Below, in pieces: positions 1-12,745 of a stretch of 64,000 bases of DNA (positions within the stretch are counted from its first letter, which is position 1; each line of letters starts with the position of its first letter). Below the pieces are notes generated by a model. It worked only from the letters and a program-made list of their open reading frames with translations. It was not told the origin of the DNA and made no database searches. The position numbers and the translations under genes are program-made. Where the stretch lies: the NCBI GenBank assembly GCA_964106645.2, contig OZ067045.1; one strand, 5' to 3'. The stretch is from Podarcis pityusensis (taxonomy: Eukaryota).

Positions 1-700
1 ACTGTACAATGAGACCCAGCCTACACACTGCACAACTGCTGTCAGATTTACGACAAATTGTAGACAAGTGCCATGATCAATGCTGGTTTTTGGATTTGCA
101 CAGGCATCAATGTTACTCAAAGCCATCTCCTGGAGACTGACACATCTTTACTGTGTGTACTGTACTATTTCTTTTCGCCAGCAGGCTGGGATAGGTCCAA
201 ACAATTCAGTTCAAAGAAAACCAAGCCAGGCTCCTATCTCAGTGGTACTGTGTATGCTCCATACTCAGAAGGTCAGAAGTTTGTCCGCAGCATCTCCAGG
301 AAGGACTCGTCTGAAACTCTGAGATCAGGGTATGTTGATAGTACTGATCATTTGTCTCACTTGGCATAAGGTGGGCTTTATTCTCGCAGGCTTTAGGGTC
401 TGCTGAAAATATGATGCCTGTGTTTCAGTTTTACAAATTGTGTTTTTATTGTTGTATCTTTAATATATTGCATTTTAACACTGTGATTTTCAGTGGCTGA
501 AGGCTGCCCCAAGTATCGTTTTAAGCACTAGAAGAGTGGGACAAGAAAAAATAAAAATAAAGACAGCTTCCTATGCTCCTAAGCCAAGAAAAGAAGAAGA
601 AAGTAGCTGGCATCACTGGCACGAGACACCTCAAGTCAGGATGCAGCCCACCCACTGAGGACCAGTGTCTCAGTCTGGTGGTGCCTCTAAGTATACCTTT

Positions 701-750
701 CTTCTCCTTCTCCTTCTCCTTCTCCTTCTCCTTCTCCTTCCCCTTCCCCT
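701..750. repeat. (CTTCTC)n microsatellite
   Basis: Seen directly. Confidence 0.95.
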
Positions 751-812
751 AAAAAAGTGTTTCGTTTTTTGATTTTTCGTTTTTTTAAGTGAATGGTTTC
801 CACTCATTCTAA

Positions 813-981
813 GGTCATATTCACATCATGGTCTCTCCCCGCCCCCTGAATTCCAGGAACTGTAATTTGTTAAACTTCTCCTGACAACTCCTTACAAACT
901 ACAGTTCCCATAATTCTTTGAGGGAAGTCACGACTGTTAAGTGGCACAGGAGTGCATTAAATATATAGTGTGGATGGGACC
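813..981. mobile_element. Harbinger-type palindromic MITE
   Basis: GGTC...GACC termini with TAA on both sides (810-812, 982-984); internal inverted GGAACTGTAATTTGT / ACAAACTACAGTTCC. Confidence 0.65.
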
Positions 982-1446
982 TAATAGCAGGGACAGTAAA
1001 GTATGTCTTTGTGGGTTATAGCCAATGCTAGCCCTACTCAGAGGAGACTTAGTTGAATACAGCCCTGAGCGTGCTATTGTGTTGAGGAAAGAACCACAGG
1101 AAAAACAGCTCCGGGGAATTGTGACGAGGCAGATTTTGTGCAGATCCAAATGTGCCAATTGAAAGAGAACACCACAAATATGTTATTGGCCAGAGGCCCT
1201 CTAGGCTGCTTTATTTTAACGCCTGAAATTAATTGCAAGCTCGTTAAAGGTAACACGATTTGCCTTCTTCGCCATGCGCCTCCCCAAGGAACTGCATAAT
1301 TCCACACGAGGCCCGTTGAAATGAGCACCCGCATCCCATCTAAAACAATTATCCACAGACTTCAAGCGCCTTAGCTAGTTGCTAATGAGCAGAAGCAGAT
1401 AATTCCTCTTGGATCCAAGAAGAGAGGAGAGTACTATCTGCATCAA

Positions 1447-1447
1447 A

Positions 1448-1490
<43 letters not shown>
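1447..1490. repeat. (AAAG)n microsatellite
   Basis: Seen directly. Confidence 0.95.
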
Positions 1491-2229
1491 GTGCATCCTT
1501 CAACTCTGCATGCATTTAAAAGAGCAGCAAGAAATGTGTTGTGATACGGGAAATGAAACAGCTGTAGCTCCCAACAATATTTCCCCGCAATGAAAAGTAT
1601 TCAGAAGGTTTTGGCCAGAGCAATAGCTTGGTGGCACAACCTGCAACTTTCCCCATGAGGCTTCAAAGACTGGGAACAGAACAGAAGGCAATCCAGCTGA
1701 GCTGGTAAGAGGTTAAACTCAAATATGGCACCATCAATGATGCCGTGTCCTATACAGGATTGGCGGACCACTTTACACTGACATTAAAAAGGTGAGGATT
1801 AATTGTGTTGAAACAAAAGCTACATGGATGGTTGCCTCATTTGCCCCAGGATCTTCTGGGCATTGGAAAGCTGCCAATGTTCCTAGTATGTGAATGAGAA
1901 CTGGGGTAAAAACAGGTGCTGCCGATGATACCTTGCAAGATAATACACTTTTTCTAAGTCAGACATTTATATTCATGGTATGAAACTTGTTGGAAGCAAT
2001 AAGTTTTTGGGAACATAAGTATTATCCTGGAATCCAAGGTCTAAAGGGACCAGCAAATGGGCTGGTGCCCAAAAATGCCTTAATTGTCACAGTGAATGAG
2101 GCACACAGCAAAATCCTATGTTTACTCAAGTCCCACACTTAAGTCAACACTGGTACTTGCTTCTAGGTAAGTCTTCAGAGGACTGCAACCTTAGAGAAGG
2201 AAAGACTCCCAGTAGATCTCAGATTGAAT

Positions 2230-2525
2230 TTTCTGACTGAACACAAGATTCCTTAACCCAATTTTCTTGAAAAATATCCCAGGAAGAAGACTGAAATGTT
2301 TGAGGGCATCTTGTTCCACCACTTTCAGAAGTAATAAGTTGCTTTTAGAATTTACATTTGCTCTACCTTCTCAAAAGTCAAGCAGACTGCTCCCATCCTG
2401 GAAAACAAGGTGGACAGCCGTATCTTCTTTCTGATAGCAGACACACAGTTAAAAACATAACACATTGTCCTTTAGTTTTATTTTTTAAGGCTAAACACTG
2501 TCATTTCTTTCAGCTTTTCTGACTT
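2230..2525 (-). mobile_element. Old CR1 fragment
   Basis: CTTGTTCCAC...GGAAAACAAG...CCTTTAGTTTTATTTTTTAAGGCTAAACA resembles the reverse complement of the CR1 ORF2 end. Confidence 0.45.
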
Positions 2526-2777
2526 TTTTGGAGAGTGAGATAATATGCAAGTGGGTGTGCTCTCCAATGCGACGAAAAAACCCCACACCAAACACCAAAA
2601 ACCAAGTATGACACTTGTTGGACTCATTTTGCTACTTCCTTATGCTCAGATACACTAATGAGATAGAAACATGCCACAGTAACACTATTTAAACTTATAA
2701 CCTCTCCATTTGCTAATCTAGTCCTACCTCAAATTAAATTCAACTCCCTTCCCAGTAGATATAGCACATACTATGTA

Positions 2778-3020
2778 AGGTAAAGGTAAAGGGACCCCTG
2801 ATCATTAGGTCCAGTCGTGACTGACTCTAGGGTTGTGGCGCTCATCTCGCTTTATTGGCTGAGGGAGCCGGCATACAACTTCCGGGTCATGTGGCCAGCA
2901 TGACTAAGCCACTCCTGGCGAACCAGAGCAGCGCACGGAAACGCCATTTACCTTCCCGCCGGAGCAGTACCTATTTATCTACTTGCACTTTGACATGCTT
3001 TCGAACTGCTAGGTTGGCAG
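2778..3020 (-). mobile_element. Sauria SINE, 5'-truncated
   Basis: (ACCTTT)n tail seen on + as AGGTAAAGGTAAAGG, and body GGGTCATGTGGCCAGCATGACTAAGCC...CTTTCGAACTGCTAGGTTGGCAG. 10-bp TSD ATACTATGTA at 2768-2777 and 3055-3064. Confidence 0.9.
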
Positions 3021-4379
3021 TTAATAATATTAATATTATGTATATTAATACATAATACTATGTACTAAATCTATTAATGAATTACTGCAAAAAGTTAAAA
3101 CATACACTTTCTTTTTTGCTTTTCTTTTTCTACTAGCAACTCACGACACAGCTGAAAATGGTTTTGTCAAGCCTTTTCGGCTTTGAGGTTGAACAGAAAA
3201 GATTTCCTAACTCAAAAGACAGCACTCTGAAAGAGTTGCAAGGCTCTTCGATGCACCTACTATAACTCTACAATACATGAAACTACCCTTGAAATTGGCA
3301 ACCAACCAGATATGAAAGCTAACGTGCCGTGGGATGGGGGGATGGCGTGAGGAAGAAACAGTATCCAAGGTAATGATCAGGAACTAAAGCTATTACCTGG
3401 GGAAAGTACAGGAAAGATGCGTAAGAAACGAGATGTCAATCGGAGATCAGAGAGAGGTTAGCACAGAACTGGCATATTAATACAAATCCTGTTGGGTTTT
3501 TTTTAGTGAGTGGGGAGTTGAATTAAGCTGAAGGAAACATTTAGTTGCTTGGTGCCTCACCAACCACAAGGAAAAGAAAAGCTAAGCCCTCACACTGGAA
3601 GCTAACATAACATGATTAAGTCTGATGCCTCCTAATCAGGGCTGTATAGCATAGAATTAAAAGTCAAAGGAAATGGGCTACTCTGGCAGGTAGATATAAA
3701 TTACGCAAGAAGAAACTCATTGCGGCTTACCTTTAATTTTGCTGCTATACATAGCCCCTTAAAATGATTTAAAACTCACTGTCTTTCCTAAATAGACAAG
3801 GGAAGGAACATTATATGCAGAATTTAAAATTAAAAAGGGAACAGAGCTTCAGGCAGAGAGATGTCTTGCACAGAGGAAGTTCTAACAATCGGAAACAAGG
3901 ACTCAGTGTGCTTTGCTGTGCTTGCACGGGTGCCCACATTCATTACCAGATGGATGGCGAGGGAAGAATACTCCCATAAAAGAATACGGACTTCTTGTAA
4001 GGCAGCCTCCTACAATGAGAAACGTTTTCAAACAGCATCAACAAAACAGGGTGTTTTGACAGAATAATAATGTAATCTAGGGAAAGTTGCTAACACTCTT
4101 TCTTTCAGCCTCCATTCTAACATAACACAGGAACAACAGTGTGCTATCCTGCAGGGTTGCAAGGACAAATGAGACGCTAAAGCAGTCTGCTCTGGGGAAT
4201 AGTAAGAAAAATAATAAAAACAAGACACCGCGGAATCCTACTGATATCTACAAATACGTCTGAATGGCTTTTGCTCGCATCATCTCCAAGCAGAGGAAAA
4301 CAAGCCCCTCCCTCACATCAAGGTACAGGGCTTACTCAAAATTTATTCTGCGATCAACACACTTTTGTGCTTGCCATGT

Positions 4380-4752
4380 TCTATCATGTTCCCGGCTAAG
4401 GACTTTAGGGCTCAAAAGCTGGAACCACAGGACCAAGAAGCTGGGAACAAGTATAAGTGAGCTGTAACAGTAAAATACCAGAAGTCCCCTCCATAGTAAC
4501 TTGGAGCAGGGCTTTCAGAGTGGCTACCTTCGGTTTGTAGAACAGCATCCCTGTTGAGATATGGCAGGTGCCCTCTAACTCTACTTTCTGGAAACAGCAG
4601 AATACATTTTTTTGCTTCAACAAGCCTTTTCCAGCTGGATGATACTTTCATTAGTTGTGGGGTTATGGGTACCGTTTTTAATACAGTTTTAATTGCTTTT
4701 GTGGTATGTTTGTGAATCACCCTGAGATGCACATAAAAGGATATTAATAAAT
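4380..4752 (+). mobile_element. L2-type LINE 3' end
   Basis: AGGGCTTTCAGAGTGGCT...AACAGCATCCCT...CAACAAGCCTTT, T-rich 3'UTR, GTGAATCACCCTGAG...TAATAAAT tail. Confidence 0.55.
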
Positions 4753-5089
4753 ACTAGTACTAATAATCCTGGACTGTGCACTGAGGCCTCATAGCAACCT
4801 TTTCAGGCACCAACTGATGTAGTGGCATTTATTACCAACCCCGAAAATTGGCAGGCAATATTAAGCCTCTGTTTTGGATGTCCTAAGATAAAAACTAGAA
4901 GTCTGGTCTTCTTCCTTATGACCAGGGTATTCCATTGTGCTTGCTGTACTGCAGGCTGCGGGCCTCAACTCAAGCCACTGCCGGCACATAACAAGCCAGA
5001 ATTTCTGGTTTGTTGTGGTTTACTGTGAACAAGTGCACAAGTGCCTTTCACTCCTGAATCACTCTTAAAATGCTTGGCAAAAATATGTT

Positions 5090-5255
5090 GGGGTTCAAAA
5101 CTCCACTCAGCCATGAAACGCTCTAGATGGCCTTGGGCTGGCCACTCTCAGTCCACTCTCCCTCCCAGGGTGGTTGTGAAGATGAAATGGAAAAGGGGAG
5201 AACCATGCACACATTTTGATCTCCTTGGAGCAAATGTAGGATATAAATGCAACAA
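5090..5255 (+). mobile_element. MIR/CORE-like SINE
   Basis: B-box-like GGGTTCAAAACTCCACTCAGCCATG and CORE-like CAGGGTGGTTGTGAAGATGAAAT. Reverse-oriented relative at ~26790-26900. Confidence 0.5.
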
Positions 5256-7249
5256 GGTTTTTTTTTAATAAAAAAATGAATAGAACTGGGGAGGGGAGAG
5301 GGTCCCAAGTTCAGAGGAGCGCCAACATTCATCAATAGAATGTGAACAGAAAGATACAGTACAGGATTCTTGTTAAAGGCTACTGAATTATATAACATAG
5401 AACATCTAAGTTCAGCATCCAGCATGACCTTCCATTCTCTGAATTAGATGGGTACAGATGCTTTATAAATGCACAGGCTCTTAGGAGAAGTGAGGAAAGG
5501 ATTGTGGTCTGCTAATGATCAGATTCAAAGAAACAGAGAAGCAACTCGCGTCCTCACTCTAGTCTAGAACACAAAAGTGATGCCTGTAGATAACTTTTGG
5601 CCAGTTAATGATGTGTCCTGTTTGTCCTTGGCCGAGGCGCGGGGGATGAAAAACGATAGAGGATAAATGTCAGCTCAGATGGGAATCAACTGAGAAATAT
5701 CCAGCTACTTCAGTGCCTCGATAGAGGAAAACAGGTTTGCTGTGACTGATCACAGAGCAATAACAACAACCCACAAAAAGGCCACAACAAAAAAGTGTGC
5801 TGGTTAAAACTAATATTCAGCCAGGCAGCTGTCACTTCAAAAGAAAAAGAATAGCAGGTCATTGCATTCTAGGATATGGTAATAAAAAACACACAACTTT
5901 GCTAGAACTGCAGAAGGCAGGGTGGGGGAAGAGATAAAATACATTTTCTCCTGCAAAATGTGCAAAGCAATTCCGAGTAATGTGGCACATGACAGCTAGC
6001 TGGGATGGATTTGGAATGCAAATTTAGAGCAACTCTGAAATCGATCACAGAAAAGGACCCCTTTGAGGTTTTGAAATTGTATGAGCCTAAGAAATGAAGC
6101 ATGGACTCAGAGTCCCCCAACCATCCTTTCACTCATACAGGGACTTCTTTCATCTGCAATGGTGCCCGTTAATACTTTCATCCAATTACCTTGTCCTGCA
6201 TTCAACACAAACATACCAGCTCCCATTGCTTTAAATTAATTTGAGCTTGTTTTCCTATAGTCTTTAACCAATGACTTGAAAACAAAAAATTACCCACAGC
6301 AGTATGAGATGGCATGGAAAAATGGGTGGTTCAGTGGTAGGCTGGTTGGCTCAAGGGACTGCTAATGAGACGCGCGGCCTCCTATCTAGGTCACCCTTGC
6401 ATTCGTCTCTCCAATGGCATGGCAGAACTACGCTTGGACAAGCACTGCGTAATGGAACAACAGCACAAGAGGCTTTCGTTTTGATTCATAAAACCAGCCT
6501 TTTGTCAAGGTTTGGAGCATGTAAACAAGGTTTTACTCTCCCAGTCATCTACAGAACCACAAGGAAGATGCTAAAAATGAGCGTGAAGATCAGAAAGAAG
6601 TCAACCGGCAAGAGGCATAAAATGGAATTTCACGAACTGAAAGGAAACCCAATACATTTTGAGCTCTAACAGACCTGCACAACTTGAGATTCATCAAGTC
6701 AAATGCAGCCCCAAAAGCCATAGACTGAGTCCTTCCAGATGTCTTCGAAACTCTGTGTTTTTGTAGTCTCAGAAAGGCAGCCCAACTAGTTTAACTGAGG
6801 CCCAAGCAAAGTGCAAGTTGGCCCTGCTGACCTTAAGTTGAACAGCCTTGTGCCTGGGTAGCCCTTCATCAGGAGGCTATTGAAAAGGAAATATTCTTTA
6901 AAATGCAGGGATTTTATTAAAATGCCCTTTTTTTTTATTCTAGTGATCCCCCCCCCCCCGATGCTAGCTGCACCCTAGCAAAATACATTACTAAGAATAA
7001 TTATGAAGCAGCCAGCAGATTTTGAACGAAGGGGCATCCTGCTTGGTAGCCCCTTGCCAACTCTGTGTAAAACAGATAGCACACTGATAGGGTGAATGTG
7101 GAACACTAACTGAAGCAGTCACTGGGAAGTGCTGCAAGAAATGGGATTTAATATTCTGGAACACAGGAACCAAGGAGGTTGGAGCTTCTCCACTATCCCA
7201 CAAAAAGAGCTGTGGTGCCCAACTAGGACATCATAGAGCAATTAATGAC

Positions 7250-7545
7250 ATTCTTCAAACTGCACACTGAGCTGTGGAATTCACACCCCAAAGATATAGC
7301 AATAGCCACCAACTTAGGCAATTTAAATAAGGAATAAAAGATAAGGCTCTCAACAGCTACTAGTCATGATGGCTATATGCTACCTTTAGGATCAGAACCA
7401 CCATGCCTCAGAATACAAGTTGTTGGGGAAACACCAGTGGGAGAGGGCTGTTGTTCTTTTGTCCTGCTTGTGAGCTTCCCATAGGCATCTGGCTGGCTAT
7501 TGTGGAAAAGAGGGTGCTGGACAAACTAGGCCTCTGGGTCTGACC
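7250..7545 (+). mobile_element. CR1-type ORF2 end and 3'UTR fragment
   Basis: CTGTGGAATTC...GCCACCAAC...GCTACTAGTCATGATGGCTA...GGCATCTGGCTGGC...GTGCTGGAC; reverse complement of 11271-11491. Confidence 0.65.
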
Positions 7546-8632
7546 TTCTCCTTTCATTTTATACCACTGTTTCTCCAGGGATGTGTCAGGGTGACACACA
7601 TTGTTCTCTCCTCCTATTGTATCCTCAAAAACAATTCAATGAGGCAGGTTAAGCTACTCCAAAACAATTGTTTTCACTCCCGTGCAAAATTATGCAGATG
7701 TGGTTGATTAAAACTCCCATAATTAACTAGCTAAGCCTTCTTTGTATCAGGAAATAATAGTTCTAATGACATTCCCTAATAAAAAGATAGAAAGAAACCG
7801 AGGACATTTTGGGAAGCACTTTCACCTTCTTGACAAGGACACAAGCTGGGCCTAAGAAGTCTGTGACTTTCCAAGAATGTTTTATCTTGCTATCTTTAGG
7901 TCAGCGCAGCACATGGTCCACTGCACACAGTGGAACATTGCTGGAGGGGGGAGAGGGGGAGAAAACAGGCAGCAGATCTCCACACAGAATTCAAGAAACC
8001 TCACATCATTAGGCTTCACATGTCAACATTCATGCTGCTGAAGCCCTTCCAATGTGCCAGTTGTCACAGATTCAGTGCAAGAGGAACTTGCCAGGACTGG
8101 CAAAGATGTGCAGGTTTGGGAGGCAGCAACAAGCCACAACAGCATTGGCCCAATTTAAGAATGAAACTTAGCCATGAAGACGGCAAACCATGTGTTGTGT
8201 ATATTTGTGTATTCTGGTTTTTGCATGTGCAGCATTAACACACTGACACAGAGGGCATCTGGATTTTGGATTCCTGCTATGCCAACAATACACACACAGG
8301 GGTCAGCAACCCGATTAAAGTGTGATGCCAGAAACATGCCAGTTATCTTTTTCATAATCAGTATCACTTTTAGCTCCCGCTTCTGACAAGCCAATTTTAG
8401 ATGCTCAATGCAAATTGTAATGAAGTTGGAGCTCGGAAGAGAATTGATCTAGTAAAGAATACGATCTAGCATAAGAAGCAGCTTATTAGACTCTAATATG
8501 GAGTTATAAATAGGACTGTAGATTCCATATTATAAAACATTCAAACAATGGGCCAAATTCTGTACCAAGGACAGCAGAGCCCTACCTTATGGCGAATAAA
8601 GCAAATGCACACATAGTTCTGTGTCATGTGTT

Positions 8633-8822
8633 AGAAACATAGGCAGCTGCCTTTTAACAAGTATGACCATGGGCCCATCTGGCTCAGTATCGTCAACACT
8701 GACTGGCAGCAGCGCTCCAGGGTTTCAAGCAGGAGCTTTCCTAGCCCTACCTGGAGACACCAGAGATTGAACCTGGGACCTTCTGTATGCAAGACAATTG
8801 CTCTACCGCTGGGTTATGGTCC
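8633..8822 (-). mobile_element. tRNA-derived SINE (Squam3-like), near full length
   Basis: Minus strand has A-box/B-box-like head (GGACCATAACCCAGCGGTAGAGC...CAGGTTCAATCTC) and tail GGCAGCTGCCTATGTTTCT; multiple homologous copies in the window. Confidence 0.8.
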
Positions 8823-10882
8823 TTCCTCAAATTATTAGGCTGAAACTGCCTGTTAGTATTCCTCAAGCCCTGCCACTTTCAAGAGTATCACTGCAGCCTT
8901 AAGGGCCAGCAGATTGCTGTTTCAAAAATAAGCACACATTCCATTTCAAGAGAAATCTCAGGAGGTTGAATTCCTCATCAGACACTCAGTTTTTACACCT
9001 GTGTCCTACTGCAGTCTTTGAAACCAGCCAAGGGTTCCTCCTCTTCATGTCAGCTTCCAAGTGGAAACCATATTCGCCATTGGCAATATCTTTGCCCATC
9101 ATGGAACTCACTCTTTGGAGAGTTAACAAACCCCAAGCCTGAACACATCTTTCTGCATGCACTGAATGAACTACTTATTTAGTTCATGTTGGCTTCCAGT
9201 GTGGGAATTAACCTCCGGTTTCAACAGCGTCTCAACTAGAAGCGAACTCTATTAATGGAGGGATCACCCACTGAAATTCTTATCCATCTCAAGCTTTCAG
9301 TAACATTAAAGCACCGAAGCCAAATTTGTAAGTAAGCAAATGGGGGAGGGGGACTGTTGCACCATCTTGGCCAGAAGAGATCCAGCTGTTCCAGCCCCAA
9401 GCCACTCTTAGAGGTGCCATAGGAGACCTGCTTGATTGGACTGGAGAAAGAAGGTTGATGCTCTCAGGTTCTGATGAGAGCTTGTATGGTAAACCTGGTG
9501 GATTCCTACCCTGGGGCATTAGGAGAGGTACTCTCCCTCCTGGCGTCTGGAAAGAAAGGGATAAAAGCCTACGTGAGAGCTGAGGATTGGATTGTTCAAC
9601 AAAATGGACCTGCCCATCTTCTTGATAGAATCAGCTCCTTGATAGGTCCACTAGAAATAAAATAGCATGTTTTAGAAAGCTACTACGCCTCTAGGTTTTT
9701 ATAGCATTTACATCTTGTATTTTTACAACTGTTGCTAGAATTATTATTTTTTTATAGTTATAATATATTGTTAATAGATTCTGAGATCTTACCAAAATGA
9801 ACTATTAGAGTTATTGGAAATTGGGCTTTTTAACTGAGTTGTTAAGAAACTGTGTGACATATTGATACTGATTAGTCTTTTTGGCTGTGTATTCTTGCTT
9901 TTATTACCAAAATTTTTATTGCTCTGTTTTGATTTGTTCTGAGCTGCCTTGGGCACAATTCCGGGGAAAGGAGGCATACAAGCAAATTGATTAGTAATCA
10001 GCTACACAAAGGTATAGAACAAAAACTGTGCCCTGGGCCTAACACTGTTATGAGAATCTGTTTTTATTTACCATCTGAATTCAAGCACGATTAAGACAGG
10101 GAAACAAGTCACAAGATGGATCCTTTCAGCTACCAACATGGTGCACACAAAGTAATACCAGGACGAGGGGGGAGGGGAGAAAGAAGAGGAAAATCTCTAG
10201 CATCTAAAAACAGCACTGGAGTTCAGATTGTGACATATCAGACCTTAACTGATAAATTTTGTTGATGCACCCTTAGAACAGAATTCAGCTCCTTTCCCCA
10301 TAACTATATAAAATGCTGCCAGGCTAAAGGGATTTAAAACGTTTTGTCAGAATAATAAGTAGATATGACAGACACAGGGAGCAGGCAGAATAATAAGTCT
10401 GTTGTATAATGGCAGTCATTGTGGTGACAGGTGTGCTTGAAATGCCTAGCCAGATAATAAATGTCCTTCTCTCTAGCACCTTTGAAGGAAAAAAGGATCA
10501 CGGTGCACTTTCCAATGTTAATTTGCTCAGGTTACTGCAGAACCAGCAGCGGGATGAAAGAAGGGGGGGCAGTGAACAGGCATTAAGCTGGGCTTACCTT
10601 GGCAAGGGGTTGTGTTAAAATGGTACAATGGGGAAAGGTAAGGAAGAGTGCAAAGGTATGCAGATGAGAGAGAGAGGCTGTCTGGATTTGTTCTAGGCAA
10701 CTGCATCTTCAACCTAACCTAACCTGATTCACACCACCACCTGCCGACTCAGAATGAAGCAAGGGTTGGGGCAATGAGAGGCCAATGCTAAAAAAATCAA
10801 TAGTAGAAGAGCTCTCCTTGTCGCTCAGGCTTCAGGGCCAAGCTACAGTTCTGTAGATGGCTAGGTCCAACAAACAACATCA

Positions 10883-11234
10883 TAGGTACATAGGAAGCTA
10901 AAAAGTAAAAGTAAAGGACCCCTGGTCCAGTCGCAGATGACTCTGGGGTTGCGGCACTCATCTTGCTTTACTGGCCAAGGGAGCCGACGTTTGTCCGCGG
11001 ACAGTTTTTCCGGGTCATGTGGCCAGCATGACTAAGCCGCTTCTGGCGAAACCAGAGCAGCGCACGGAAACCTTACACCAAAGTCAGACGATCGGTCCAT
11101 CTGGCTGAGTATTGCCTACTGTGATTGGCAGCAGCTCTCCAATGTTTCAGACAAGGTGCCTTTTCCCAGCCCTGTGTTGAGACACTGGGGATTGAACCTG
11201 GGACGGTCTGCATGCAGAGCATGTGCTCTACTGC
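10883..11234 (-). mobile_element. Squam3-like SINE interrupted by a Sauria SINE
   Basis: Tail CATAGGAAGCT (10889-10899) continues as CTTACACCAAAGTCAGAC from 11072; B-box GGATTGAACCTGGGAC near 11190. Confidence 0.8.
10900..11071 (-). mobile_element. Sauria SINE, 5'-truncated, nested in a Squam3-like SINE
   Basis: High similarity to 2778-2942 (GGTCCAGTCG...GGGTCATGTGGCCAGCATGACTAAGCC...CAGAGCAGCGCACGGAAAC). Confidence 0.88.
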
Positions 11235-11270
11235 TTTCAAGAGTTTTTGTGTGTGATCTGACTGGCAACT

Positions 11271-11491
11271 CTAAGAACAAAAGAACAGCCTGCTGGATCA
11301 GGTTGATGGCTCATCTAGTCCAGCACCCTGTACTCACAATGGCCAACCAGATGCCCGTGGGAAACCAGCAAGCAGAACATAAGCACAAGAGCACTCTCCC
11401 CCTCCTGTGGTTTCCAGCAACTGGTATTTGGAAGCTGCCTCTAACTGTGGAGGTAGGGCATAGCCATCACGGCTAGTAGCCATTGATAGCC
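11271..11491 (-). mobile_element. CR1-type 3'UTR fragment
   Basis: AAGAACAAAAGAACAGCCTGCTGGATCAGG...CATCTAGTCCAGCA...GGCCAACCAGATGCC...GGCTAGTAGCCATTGATAGCC; homologous to four other copies in the window. Confidence 0.7.
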
Positions 11492-12489
11492 ACTTTATTT
11501 TATCTGTTCTAAATCTTCTAGCAATCAGTTATTGGGTGTCTACAGTTCCCTCCTAGAGCAGGCATGTCCAGATTCAACCATTCTTCAGTATCACAGGCAG
11601 TTTGGAGATATGCTTGAGGGAGGGGCTGCTCATTCACCCCCTAGTTCCTCCTCAAGTTCACAATCTGGCCACTGCTGAATAAGGAAGGTAATGCCGTAAG
11701 TGAGCATCCTATGCACAACTGAAAAGCACATGTTACACCCTTAAGGAACTTGAAGATTTCGCAGTTGCACACACACAGTTGAAAATAGCCTTGGTGTGGT
11801 ATCCTCCCTCCCACGCAGAAGCAGCTGCAAATAAGGCTTTTGCTCAATTTTGACACCTCCAGGAAGGAAAGTACCGGGGCTGCCTACGCTTCCCATCTGT
11901 GACTCAAAATTTTTAAACCTTTGTATCAAAGGGGAGATTGGGGAGCAGAATCTCCTGAATTCTTAAATGCATTGAGTGCTGTTGGGAGTAAAGTTACTCA
12001 GCAAGGGGATCCGCTGACTTTGCTCTGTGGGGAGCGGAGGATGAGAAGAGCACTAACTAGCACAAGCCCTTCTGCTCCAGGACATTTTCTCAGGAGCTCT
12101 CATAAATGCAGTACAAGCCTCTCCTAAGTAGCACCAATAGCTTGAGCATGATAAACACATTAAAATATTCTCCGACTCTTGTTCCCTTTTTGGTGTCATG
12201 TTCCTTTAGGAGTTTGGGTAAAGCTTAGCAGATTGGAAAATAGTTGCAAGATGCAGAAAGGCAAGGAGCACAGATAAAGAAAGCCAGACTCAATCACGGA
12301 GCACTTCCAGATGGTGGTTTCCCAAGTATACAACTGTGTACAAGTGCAGCACCCCAGGGAAAAGGAAGGGGCTGCTGCTGCCCCAGTGCTCCCAAGTTGC
12401 ATGAAGGAAGCCACTGGGGTGGGGCTATCTCACCCCTTATACACCCAACTGATCACTGCAATCCACAGGTGAGGGCCTCCTGCAAACAC

Positions 12490-12745
12490 CATTTTACTGG
12501 GAGATCCATTCCATGCAATAATTGGAATTTGGCCTTTAGTGTGATGGCAACAACTTCCTGGAATCCCCTTCCAAGCTAAATATTATATAGGTACTTCCTT
12601 TCTTATCTTTTCAGTGCCTACAAAAGACCTTCCTCTTTCAACAAGCCTTTCATGTAGAGTTCTTTCCCAGTCTGCACCTCTATGCGAATTGCTTTTAGAT
12701 GCTTTTCAGATTGTTTGTGTGTTTGCTGCTCTCAGATCCTTTGGA
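12490..12745 (+). mobile_element. L2-type LINE 3' end
   Basis: GGCCTTTAGTGTGATGGCA...TGGAATCCCCTTCC...AAAGACCTTCCTCTTTCAACAAGCCTTT. Confidence 0.55.

Noticed and set aside
8730-8822. tRNA-like A/B boxes here and at ~11190, ~17880, ~28620 and ~50030
   Set aside because: They are heads of tRNA-derived SINEs with attached SINE bodies, not tRNA genes.
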